Origin: Eledone cirrhosa
Lineage: Eukaryota
Reading direction: 5' to 3'
Assembly: GCA_964016885.1 (NCBI GenBank)
Contig: OZ024742.1
Location: forward strand, 128,154,001 to 128,218,000
DNA: 64,000 bases
Positions 54,107-64,000 of this stretch are shown one piece after another. The position numbers were made by a program, and so were the translations under genes. Below the pieces are notes generated by a model. The model did not search any database. It saw nothing but the letters and a program-made list of their open reading frames with translations, and was not told the DNA's origin. Position 1 is the first letter of the stretch. Each line of letters starts with the position of its first letter.

Positions 54107-54298
54107 TGTATGAGCGACGCAAGTAATTTGCTATTTCCTGTTTCATTAGATGTGTTGGCTTAGAAAATAATAAATAATTGTTTATACTTCTCCACGGAAT
54201 ATTGTATTTATTTTCGGTAGCTCTTCGTCGTCTCTTCTATAACGTTTCGATGACGAGGCATCAGCGGCATCACGGTCAAAGCTGGACCGCTTCGACAT
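31472..54298 (-). CDS. ZCCHC17: ZCCHC17 / nucleolar protein of 40 kDa (pNO40) orthologue; 8 coding exons join(54188..54298,47685..47742,40880..40980,39912..39994,37231..37331,35663..35787,34262..34333,31472..31561); 246 aa
   Basis: The spliced exons total 741 nt, all introns are GT-AG and phases are consistent. The protein MSKRSS..LPKINTIFRGE-VASVTNYGVFIQLPGYRKQG-LVHKSQMS..VYCKVI-..KISLSMKCVDQSSGKDSDPNN-..KIELGAVYDTTCKKCGAYG-HFSKDCF..YSLIPE-Lys/Ser tail matches the S1 + CCHC architecture and remembered motifs of vertebrate ZCCHC17. Confidence 0.95.
32610..33670 (+). mobile_element. Decayed RTE LINE 3' portion in ZCCHC17 intron 7
   Basis: LQFAEDMVL and LKQVEKSKY..FTSDG remnants; same family as 15340, 29630, 35050 and 49500. 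Confidence 0.8.
34262..34333 (-). CDS. ZCCHC17: ZCCHC17 exon 7 (EKKAKKAHKKKKKKQKKESKSSSD)
   Basis: ttag acceptor, gtaagt donor, phase 0/0; Lys-rich segment. Confidence 0.88.
35663..35787 (-). CDS. ZCCHC17: ZCCHC17 exon 6 (HFSKDCFSVNGQAYSLIPETDERKPAEKSHLSHEEKKLRKK)
   Basis: tttcag acceptor, gtatg donor; completes the knuckle (HFxKDC). Confidence 0.93.
35968..36153. mobile_element. piggyBac-type TTAA MITE
   Basis: ttaa-ccctttagcattta ... taaatgctaaaggg; related copy at 39651-39857. Confidence 0.75.
37231..37331 (-). CDS. ZCCHC17: ZCCHC17 exon 5 (IDLRKQKKGFKREIQKIELGAVYDTTCKKCGAYG)
   Basis: ttccag acceptor, gtaag donor; first half of the CCHC knuckle (seen in ORF 37220..37420). Confidence 0.93.
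39651..39857. mobile_element. piggyBac-type TTAA MITE
   Basis: TTAA + 14-bp TIR ccctttagcattta on both ends; a second MITE family occurs at about 29230, 40020, 41840, 42130 and 53270. Confidence 0.8.
39912..39994 (-). CDS. ZCCHC17: ZCCHC17 exon 4 (DEGKISLSMKCVDQSSGKDSDPNNIQAS)
   Basis: tttgcag acceptor, gtaag donor; SLSMK..GKD.DPNN motif. Confidence 0.93.
40880..40980 (-). CDS. ZCCHC17: ZCCHC17 exon 3 (LVHKSQMSNAHVEDPSEMLSVRERVYCKVIAIT)
   Basis: ttgcag acceptor, gtatg donor; S1 motif GLVH. Confidence 0.93.
42360..42990 (-). mobile_element. Head-to-tail cluster of three tRNA-derived SINEs with (AAT)n tails
   Basis: Repeated ggcacaaggcc..atcgacc..atgaaaggcaaag..tttgaactcag block; same family at 1400, 22052, 33670, 35400, 43680, 49860-50200 and 60040. 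Confidence 0.82.
44090..47657 (+). mobile_element. Near-full-length decayed RTE (BovB-like) LINE in ZCCHC17 intron 2, antisense to the gene
   Basis: 5' UTR, APE (ATLNIGTL, GDFN, QIDFLL), RT (DLEKAFDRV, YADDL), PHD-like Cys cluster, (GAT)n tail. Confidence 0.92.
47685..47742 (-). CDS. ZCCHC17: ZCCHC17 exon 2 (VASVTNYGVFIQLPGYRKQG)
   Basis: ttccag acceptor, gtaaa donor; S1 motif YGxFI. Confidence 0.93.
48178..48880. repeat. Minisatellite of two interleaved ~31-33 bp units
   Basis: actagtatagtaactgagaagtaatatattt and actagtatagtaactgtcaactgtaatatatac; scattered units extend to about 49820. Confidence 0.9.
49860..50200 (+). mobile_element. Two tandem tRNA-derived SINEs
   Basis: Same family as 43680-43885 but in the opposite orientation. 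Confidence 0.82.
50383..50553. mobile_element. Tigger/pogo-type MITE
   Basis: TA-flanked imperfect TIRs cagtaaaatttcgttataacg / cgttataacggcattttacctg. Confidence 0.7.
51018..51326. mobile_element. hAT (Charlie-like) MITE
   Basis: TIRs cagtggttcccaac / gttgggaatcactg; degenerate 8-bp TSD. Confidence 0.72.
53977..54023 (+). ncRNA. Type I hammerhead ribozyme at the end of a Penelope-like remnant (about 53700-54050)
   Basis: CUUGU-CUGAUGA-stem II-GAA-ACUC(CA)GAGU-A-ACAAG; intact core, GUA cleavage triplet, weakened stem II. Confidence 0.72.
54188..54298 (-). CDS. ZCCHC17: ZCCHC17 coding exon 1 (MSKRSSFDRDAADASSSKRYRRDDEELPKINTIFRGE)
   Basis: ATG at 54298, open frame, GT donor at 54187-54186; LP..TIFxGE is the start of the S1 domain. 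Confidence 0.9.
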
Positions 54299-55147
54299 GA
54301 TTTTCCGATTGCAATGGATAATAAACAAACCAACGTGACGAATCAACTAATTACAATAAGAGTTTACTTGAAATTTGTCTTAAACAAGGAAGAATGAATC
54401 AAAGGGCATTAACTCTTTATTATTTCGTTGTACTTGTATGGTAAAGAGATAGTGTGTTGAATCAAAAGCAATTACACCGTGGAAGAGTCATTTTAGCCAT
54501 TAAAAAAAAAAAAAAATGTTAAACTTCATATATATAATTATATATGTTGTTGCGAAAAAAAAAAAATGTTAAACTTCATATATACAATTATATATGTTGT
54601 TGCGAAACAAATTTAAAATTTAAATTTGTCCAGGTATCACGGCTTTTGCCAATATAGGTTTGTTTTTATTGATTTATTATTTTAAATCGAGACAGGCAAA
54701 CCGTATTATTTTAATTAGTATTTTTCAATCTAGCTAACTTGGTCATTTGCAATGCGAATACATGTATACTTGTATCAGTGTTTATCCCTATCATATATTC
54801 ATTTGTATTACATGGCTCAGAAATATTCCTTTCTTTGAGCTATTTAATTGTAAAAGACTATTTGAGTTTATAACTCTATATATAATATATATAATTATAT
54901 ATAAATCTTGTTATATTTGGGGATATTCACTTTGCCAAATTTGCCAATAAAAACACACGCACTATTTGACTTTCACTTTATTATTATTATTATTAGTTGT
55001 TGGTTATTTTGTCAAAGTTCTTTCGTCACACATTCTGTGGCCTCAATGACTATTTGTTCCGCTTCTGTGTCTCCTCTTCTTTCTTGTCATATTCTGTTTA
55101 TTCTATTTTCACATTAAGAATCTTGCAAAACAAATACATAAACGTAT

Positions 55148-55492
55148 ATGGAGGCTCATGGCTTAGTGGTTAGAGCATTGGCCTTGCCAATTTGTGAGTT
55201 CAATTCTTGGACCGGGTGATGTGTTGTTTCCTTGAGCAAGACACTTTATTTCACATTGTTCCAGTTTACTCAGTTGTAGAAATGAGATGATAGGGACTGG
55301 GGTCCATATCATTCCACTGCAAAGTGGTTGTGGAGGTGCCACGGCCAAAAAGCACCCAGCACTCACTGTAAATGAGGTTGGTGTTAGGAAGGGCATCCAG
55401 CTGTAGAAATCAAGCCAGCATCAGTTCCCGTCCCACCCTTGCAAGCAGGGAAAAAGTGGACGTAAAATGAAATGATGATGATGATGATGATG
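55148..55492 (+). mobile_element. tRNA-headed CORE-like SINE with RTE-derived 3' tail; relatives at 47908, 38126 and 63513
   Basis: A/B-box head (tggcttagtgg..gagttcaattc), ccttgagcaagacactt core, tail nearly identical to LINE 3' end 47600-47657. Confidence 0.78.
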
Positions 55493-57869
55493 ATATATAA
55501 ATGAGAAACCTAAAGTTCCATGATATTGAATGTATCATCATTATTGTCCCCCCCCTCCCCCTCCTTCCACTGGGATTTCTTGTCACTTCTACACCCAGCG
55601 AATTATTTTATGTAATTTTCATCAATTAAATTATCAAAAGATTAACAATTTGCAGTGAGAAAGTAATCAGAGAAAGGAAGGCATGTACAAAAATAAATGA
55701 ATAAATCAGTTAACATGCAATAAAAACTAATTATGCATGGACTGGAAACCTGTTTAAGCAAATTGTATTTTATTTCATACTGCTCCAGTATTCCAGTATA
55801 CTCAGCTGAAAATGAATACCAGTAATAGCTAGCGATTAACCCTGCGCCCTGTGATGGACTGGTCTCCTGTCCACTTGGAATCTTGTACTCTCAGTCACTT
55901 CATGCGACAAAACTGAGATAAACACCGGCCTGATGATCTTCCTGGCTTGAAACAGACTTTAGAATTAGACTTAGACCATCTAGTTCCTTCTCATGTGCTT
56001 GTATCAAAGTCCATCTACTTGATCCATACAACAATACTGACTCAGCAGACGTTCTGAATGATATTTTGATTTTTCTGTGTAGATCTGACTTCCATATCCT
56101 TTCTATTTGGTTCATTGCAACCCAGACTTTGGAAATTCTAATGTCAATATCCTTTTTTGATGAACTTATTCTTAGATGTGTAATATACGGACCATTTCCA
56201 ACAGTTAAGTGAAATAATGAGCATAGAATTAATTACAGACAAGGACAGGGGCCCTTAACTCCAGATGAAGTCATACTGATGCTGTCCCAACACATTTGTT
56301 GGGCAACCTGGTGGAGTGCCCATCCCTCCCCAGTTCAGAATACAGTCAGTTTCTTCCAGCAAAGGAAAGAGAGAGAGAGAGAGGATGATTTGATCTCAGT
56401 GCTAGACTGGTACTTTATCTATTGAAGGATGAAAAGCAAAGTTGATCTGGATGGGATTTCAACTCAGAACACAGTTAAACAGAACAAATACAGAAGCATT
56501 TAATCTGACACCTATAAACAGCATGGAGTTGAACTGAAGACATATAAACTGTTAGTCTTATAACCTGTTCATTTACTATTGTGCTTAGTTTAAGAGATAT
56601 CTTCATTTTCATCCATCTGCTGGTGGAACTGTCACAACTAGTTGACTATATTACAGAAAGTTCAAAGTTTTGTATCAATTCATCTGTACAATGCTTGTGT
56701 CAATGAAAAAGATAAAATAAAAAACAAAACAAAATAAAAATTGATGTAAGCACTAATTCTTAGAACTCAAAGAAACCTAGCTGTAAATAGGTTTACATTA
56801 CAGTACTCCTCACATATCTGGAACAGAGCCAATGCTATACATGTATTTTAGACCACAAATGAAGGGTAGACTATATGATGTATGTATATGAACAACAATG
56901 TTACATGGTAGTGAGACCTGGGTGCTGTGTGCAGAGGACCTGCAAAGATTTGAAAAAAAATGAAGCCTGCATGCTCTGATGAATGTGTAATATACACAAA
57001 CAGCAAAGCATAAATGAACTGAGAGAGAAATTAGGCATAAGAGGGATCAGTTGCAGTGTGCAGGAGAGGAGATTGCGTTGGTATGGACATGTGATGTGTA
57101 TGAAGGATGACAGCTGTATAAAAAGGTGCAGAGTTGATTGAAGACCCAGGAAGACTTGGGATGAGGTGATAAAGGCTGACCTTGCACAATTGTACCTCTC
57201 AAAGGTGATGATACAGGACCAAGATCTTTGGCGTTATGCAGTAATACAGAAGACCCACCATCCCATAAGTACAAGCTGAAGCATACATCTAATGTACACC
57301 ACCTTTACTTCCATCCCTCTTTCCAAACATCTCCAACATACTAACACCCCACCCATGTCCTGACACTCCACCCCTATACCTCCCTCACCAAAATCTCCAG
57401 TCCACACAGTAAAGTGGTCGTTTTTGTGCCACAACAAAAAGCACCCAGCCCACATTGTAAAGTGGTTGTGTAGGTGTCATGACAAAATACACTCTGCATA
57501 CATTGTAAATGTGATTGGCATTAGGAAGGGCATATAAACTGAGCCAGAAACAGTTCTGTATAAGCAAGACATGGTCACCTGACCCAACTTGCCTCTTATA
57601 GGACAACCCATCTAACCCATGCTAGCATGGAAAATAAATGTTAAACGATGATTATGATGATGATGATGAATAAATAAATAAATATGGCATGGCTATGTAG
57701 TTAAGGAGCTCCTCTTGCAACTATGTGGTTTCAAGTTTAGCCCTGCTGCATAGCACCTTGGGCAAGTGTCTTCTACAATATCTTCTGGTTGACCAATGCC
57801 TTGTCAGTAAAATTTGGTAGATGGAAACTAGGAAAGCTTGTTGTATTTATATATATCACTATCATCATT

Positions 57870-59900
57870 ATCGTCATCATCAATGCTTTAAGTTTGCTAT
57901 TCCATGCTTGCATGGGTAGGTCAGGTCTTTTCCAGCAAACCATCTCTCGACTTGTTGCAGTCCTTTGTCATCTTGGCTGTGAGCTTCAGTGATTTCAGAT
58001 CAGCTCTCATAAACTCTGCCCTGGTCTTCTTTAGCTGCCATCTACTGCAGTTTCATTGCACTGCAGTTTCTTGGCATTTCTTCACCTAACAATCATCATC
58101 CATATGCAACACATGTCCATACCAGTGCAGACTCTTTCTTGCACACTACATCTGATTCTTCTTTTACCCAGCTTTTCTCTCAGCTCATCCATGCTTTGTT
58201 GTTCCTGCATACATCATTGCACATGGAGAATGTTTGTTTAATTTCTCTCCAGCCTTTGCATATCCTCTGCATTTACTGTCCATGTCTCACTACCATGCAA
58301 CATCACACATCATACACAAACATCACACAGCCAGCTTTTCGTTTATAGAAAGAAACCTTTTGTTATCAACAGAGGTAGTAAGTAGCTTCTGGAAATGTTT
58401 CCATCCCGTTCTTACTCTAACTACTATACTCTTGAAACATTCTCCTCCATTGCTAATTAGATCACCTAGAAGAAGCTATCAACCACTTCTATGGATACTT
58501 CCTGGGAACAGAAGAAGTTTCATTCACAGAGGCTCTTGCTACCAAATATCCCTGTGGATCTGCTACATACAAAGTCTACTTTCCTGTTAGTCTGCCCGCT
58601 ATCCCACCACACCTCTTGTGTACCCAAGATTTACAATGTGAACATTGCATAGAATTTTTACATACTCCTTTTCTACACATCTAGCAACACTACTTCCCTG
58701 ATGGGATCAGTGTCCCGTCTTTTTTCCTACCAACAAAAAGTTTGGTTTTTCTCAAATTTACTCGAAGCCTTTTGATTTTAATTTCTGTTTCCAAATCTGG
58801 AATTTCTTCTCTAGCTCTTCCACAAATGCATCTATAGGAACCAGGTCATCAGTATACAGAAGTTCCAATGGAGAGTAGTGTGTATTCCCCTGTTATGGCC
58901 TGGAGAACTATAATAATCAGGAGTGGGTTGAGGACTAAGCCCTGATGAATACCTACCTGTACTCTGAATTCCTCACTAAACTCATTACCTATTCTCGCCA
59001 TGCAGACAGCTCTTCTGTACATAGCTTGTACTGTTCTCACAAGCCACTCTTCTATACCTAGTTTCCTAAATAGCCACCAGATAACAGATTATGATACTAT
59101 ATCAAGGGCTTTCTCTAGATCAACAATGGTTAGATATAGAGGCTTACACATTGATAGGAACTTCTCTTAGTTTGGTTTTGAGCCTACCTGGCTCATCTAA
59201 TTTGATTCCCTAATTAGTTGTGCTAAACCTTTCTGTCACTTTCATAACTTAGTTCATCAGTTTTATGCCCCTGTAGTTGCTCCTTTCTAGAGCGTCACCT
59301 TTTCCCTTGTTGCAATTTATGAATATACTACTATATTAGTCAATGGTTATGATCCCATCATGTATTACTTGACTGATTATATGGGTGACTAGTTCAACTC
59401 CTACTTCCCCAGAAGATTTCAGTATCTCAGTGATTATCTCTGATAGATCAGTGGCTTTAGCATTTTCATCTCCTTTATTGCTTCTTTGGCTTTATAACTG
59501 TCAATTTCAATATCAGGTCCCTCTGTTGGGTCTGCTGGGGGAGTAGCCTCTTTTTTCCCCAACAACATCCTGGTAATAGTGCGCTTTGTGATGTGGAACA
59601 ACACCTCATGTCTCTGATCCTTGCATTGCAAGACATTGGCAAACTTCTTCTTTCTGTTTCTTTGTGTGGTATATATACCTGTTATCTTGCTTCTCTTTTA
59701 GAGGCTTGGTACTGATCTTTGCTGCCCTTATTTTTCCAGTCATTCTACAACTGTCTCTTGACTTTAATGGCTCTACTCACGGTATTGTTTCATTACCAGG
59801 TTCTCTTGTATCTGGCTGGTACTTGGCTCTATCCACAAGTCTTGTAAGTAACTTTCAGTAGGTTGTCTCATAGAAACTTTCAATTCTCTCTCTCTATCCT
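57870..59900 (-). mobile_element. Decayed RTE (BovB-like) LINE
   Basis: EEFRVQVGIHQG.VL.PLL, DPTEGP.IEI; same family as 44600-47657. Confidence 0.85.
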
Positions 59901-60756
59901 TCTCTGGAAGAAATCTGCTGTATTCAGACATGGAGAGGAAATAGCTCTGCCAGGTTTAAAAATGCCCTAGAAATATCGTATTTTAGTTGTGGAACCATGC
60001 ATGCATATATAATTTTACATAAATTTCTTTCATTGTTCAAATCCCGCCGAGGTTAACTTTGCCTTTCATCCTTTCAGGGTCGATAAAATAAAGTACCAGT
60101 AACGCACTGAGATAATTGCTGGCCTTGTGCCCAAAGTAGAAACAATTATAAATATATATCCTCAAAACTGCTTCGAAAAGCGACATTACTCACTTCACTA
60201 ACTGTACGGAGTTATTTCCCTTGAACCAGGCTTTTAAAAATAATTTTGAACCATTAAACTTACAGAAATAACTACCATTCCAGATATTTACAAATTTATT
60301 CATAGCTGATGTTTAGTGTTTGCAGGCCTTATATACATCTAATAATAGAAAATATATGCATTGGTCAACAAAGACTCTGAAACAAATAGTTTTTTCAAAA
60401 TTCAACGAATATCACTCCCGCCAACACCACCCTTTCTCTATAAAGTTATGTTGGTACCACAACATCCAGTCCAAACTAATGAGATCGTGTAGGTGTCATG
60501 ACAAAAAAAAAAAACAGACAGTCCAGGCTGTAATGTAGCTGTGTAGGTAACACGGTAAAAAGTTCCCAGTCCACACTGTAAATGTGGTTGGTGTTAGGAA
60601 GGGCATCCAGCCGTAGAAAACCTGCCAGATAGTCCTATACGAGCGATCAATCTTGCCTCAAGTGGGACAATTCCCGTCTAACCCATGCTAGCGTGGAAGA
60701 TAGACGTTAAACGATGATGATGATGATGATGATGATCACATTAAAATATGATAGAG

Positions 60757-61960
60757 GCTTGGCTGACTTTGCCTGGCTGGGCTGAGTGAGGTTGGGCTGA
60801 GTGAGGCTGGGCTGGGTGAGGCTGGGCTGAGGGAGACTGGGCTGAGTGAGGCTGGGCTGAGTGAGTCTGGGCTGAGTGAGGCTGGGCTGAGTGAGGCTGG
60901 GCTGAGTGAGTCTGGGCTGAGTGAGGCTGGGCTGAGTGAGGCTGGGCTGAGTGAGGCTGGGCTGAGTGAGGCTTGGCTGAGTGAGGCTTGGCTGAGTGAG
61001 GCTGGGCTGAGGGTGGGTGAGGCTGGGCTGAGATTGGGCTGAGGGAGGCTGGGCTGAGGGAAGCTGGGCTAGGTGAGGCTGGGTTGGGTGAGGCTGAGCT
61101 GAGTGAGGCGGGGCTGGCTGAAGCTGGGCTGAGTGAGGCTGGGCTGAGTGAGTCTGGGCTGAGTGAGGCTGGGCTGAGTGAGGCTTGGCTGAGTGAGGCT
61201 TGGCTGAGTGAGGCTGGGCTGAGGGTGGGTGAGGCTGGGCTGAGATTGGGCTGAGGGAGGCTGGGCTGAGGGAAGCTGGGCTAGGTGAGGCTGGGTTGGG
61301 TGAGGCTGAGCTGAGTGAGGCGGGGCTGGCTGAAGCTGGGCTGAGTGAGGCTGGGCTGAGGGAAGCTAGGCTGAGTGAAACTGGACTGAGGGAAGCTGAG
61401 CTGAGGGAGGCTGGGCTGAGAGAGGCTGGGCTGGGTGAGGCTGGGCTAGGTGAGGCTGGGCTGAGTGAGGGTGGGCTGAGGGAAGCTGGGCTGAATGCAG
61501 CTGGGCTGAGGGAGGCTGGGCTGGGCTGAGATTGGGCTGATGGAGGCTGGGCTGAGTGCGGTTGGGATGAGGGAGGCTGGGTTGAGTAAGGCTGGGCTGA
61601 GTGAGGCTAGGCTGAGTGAGGCTGGGCTGGCTGAAGCTGGGCTGAGGTAGGCTGGGCTGAGTGAGGCTGGGCTGAGTGAGGCTGGGCTGGGTGAGTCTGG
61701 GCTGAGTGAGTCTGGGCTGGCTGAAGCTGACTGTGGCTGGCCTGGCTTAGGCTGAGCTGATATAGTTGAGGCTGGACTGATTAAGCCTGTGATGGCTGAA
61801 ACGGCTGAAGCAGTGTTTGCCTATCCTAGCTGAGGCTAAGTTAATTGAGGCCGGCTTGACTGTGTCTGGGTTGGCTGATGTTAGGATGGATATAGCTGGG
61901 GTACCCTTGCCTGGCTGGGGCTGGGCTGATCTCAGTAAGACAAGGTTTATCTTGCTTAGG
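60757..61960. repeat. G-rich 15-bp satellite (GAGGCTGGGCTGAGT)n
   Basis: About 65 units with decaying edges and an internal ~212-bp higher-order duplication. Confidence 0.93.
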
Positions 61961-62166
61961 TTGAGAATAGGCTAGAACAGCCTGGCTGTGACTGGCCTGG
62001 AAGACCAAGGTAGCCCAGATTTTCAGTGTACATCTTACATGAAAAAACAATTGATAATTAATGATCATTAACAATGGTTTATCCAGTTGCAATTTTAATT
62101 ACATCGATTCCATCAGTAAAATCACCACATGTGTTGAAACTAAAGGTTGGTGTGTTTATTATGATA

Positions 62167-62497
62167 ACTAGCAGAAAAACCACCCTCTTATGTCATCAGT
62201 AACGTAATCCATGATACATTAAAACAAATACGATATTATATATAAACTGCATTAGGAGAAAATTAGTGACAGAAATATATGAATTTTTATTTAAGTGATC
62301 GCTATTGAAAATTTTAAAGAAGCGAATCTTTAAATAAACAATAAAATATATTTAATCAACAGTTACGAAATTTAGTAGATAAATTATGTAATATTCATTC
62401 ATTATTTATTGAAATTAATCCAACTTATTTTACAAACTGGATAACAAATTATATTCTGGATGCAGTCCCGCACTCTTTACTTTATTATAGTTTAGAT
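62167..62497 (-). mobile_element. Non-autonomous Helitron-like element, internally deleted copy
   Basis: Reverse complement of segments of 9489-9974. Confidence 0.7.
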
Positions 62498-64000
62498 ATG
62501 GAATCTTCAACAAAGAAGAAGATTACTTAATGGAGCATGAGCTTTGATGAAATTTCTTCATGATCTCAACATTCATGGACAAATATCGACTGATAGCAAG
62601 AAGATTTATACAAATGCCAATTTCCCATTATTTCAGCATTTGCAATGACCGTTAACAATTTGTAAGGCCAGTCTTTTTCTCATTCTGAAGTACACCTATC
62701 TTATATTTATCTTTCTTTTCAGGCTACTCCACATGAAACAGTAGAAACTAGATAAAAAATAATTTGTACTTGCTTGTAGAAAATATGTACAATGAAGGAA
62801 CTCTATTTGTGAACAAAAAGTTTACTAAAACATAATAAGAAAATAATTACTTTATAAATTGTACATGCAAGTTCTTACCTGTTCTTACTTATGGTATGAT
62901 TTTATTTCAGCATGTGCAACGATGTTCAGTTTGTGTACCATTAAATGAAATATTGACCCATAAATTCTTTTTTAAGATTGTTCAATGAAAAGTGTATTAC
63001 AGCATGTAAGTATCTGTGTTTAAAAATAAATGTAGGTTTCTATAGTTTAACTTTATTTTATTATCATTTTCAATACATTTAAGAGAAACATATTTGCCGT
63101 CATTATTGAAGTCATGTGTACACTATCAAACATTTGTCGTGAGTTTGATTCCCTATAGTAAATCGTGTTCTTGTGGGATAGACTTTATTTCATGTTGCTC
63201 CAGTCCACTCAGCTGGAAAAGATGAGTTGTACCTGTCATTCAAGGGGCTAACCTTGTCACACACTGTATCATATTGACTCTCCCTGAGAGACTACATTAA
63301 GGGCACATATGTCTATGGAGTGCTCAGCTATTCATACGTTAACTTCACAAATAGGTTGTTCTATTGGCAGGACCAGATATAGAGAATGGGAGGGCCTGGG
63401 GTTGTTCAGGTTTGGTGGCCCTCTCATATAACAACACACACACATATATATGTCTGTGTGTATGTATATATATATATTTGTGTGTATAAATATATATATA
63501 TATACACACAGTGAAGGCACATGGCTTAGTGGTTAGAGCATTGGGCTTGCAATCGAAAAGTTGTGAGTTCAATTCTCGGATCGGGTGATGTGTTGTTTCC
63601 TTGAGCAAGACACTTTATTTCACATTGCTCCAGTTCACTCAGCTGTAGAAATGAGATGATAGGACTGGGGTCCCTATAATTCCACTGCAAAGTGGTCGTG
63701 GAGGTGCCACGGCAAAAAAGCTGTAGAAATCAAGCCAGAATCAGTTCCTGTATGAGCAAGACAAGGTCAGCCGACTGGACACTGCCCACAATAGGACAAC
63801 CCGTCTAACCCATGCTAGCATGGAAGAACTGACGTAAAATGGTGATGGTGATGATGACACATAAGTAGGAAAAGAGAGAGAGAAAGAGAGGAGGAGAAGA
63901 AGAAGAAGAAGAAGAAGAAAAAGAAGAAGGGGCCCTGTTTGGAGAGTGAGTGCTCTGTTTGATAAGGGGATTCAGGACATTCACCTCACCCCTCATAAAT

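Noticed and set aside
54500-54606. ~52-bp tandem duplication upstream of the ZCCHC17 ATG (also a ~61-bp duplication at 52145-52270)
   Set aside because: Simple slippage between A-runs or CT-runs; no evidence of function.
56560-56700. Possible exon of a divergent neighbour gene (also 62500-62760)
   Set aside because: No consistent frame, splice pair or recognisable protein.
61296-61529. Pentapeptide-repeat protein (EAGLx)n
   Set aside because: A 15-bp period yields this automatically; there is no ATG or splice context, and frame-breaking units occur.

Overview
Eukaryotic, AT-rich, repeat-saturated animal DNA; the SINE, RTE and MITE families look like those of octopod cephalopods (inference). 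One clear host gene is present: an 8-exon, minus-strand ZCCHC17/pNO40 orthologue (S1 domain, CCHC knuckle, Lys/Ser tail; 246 aa; CDS 54298 to 31472), assembled by eye with GT-AG introns and consistent phases. The rest is mostly decayed mobile DNA: RTE LINEs, R4/Dong-like and CRE-like restriction-endonuclease retrotransposons, Trp-tRNA-primed Gypsy elements, Penelope-like remnants, Helitrons, hAT, piggyBac and Tigger-type MITEs, tRNA-derived SINEs, microsatellites and satellites. Highlights are two type I hammerhead ribozyme folds in Penelope-like ends, an inverted duplicate of the last ZCCHC17 exon about 17.5 kb from the gene, a young gag-only LTR element with TG..AA ends, a (CATA)n-associated retroposon nest, an orphan intact 265-aa ORF, a multi-level nested transposon stack and a G-rich satellite resembling an Ig switch region. 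I found no convincing multi-gene novel system. Element family assignments rest on remembered motifs, not database searches.
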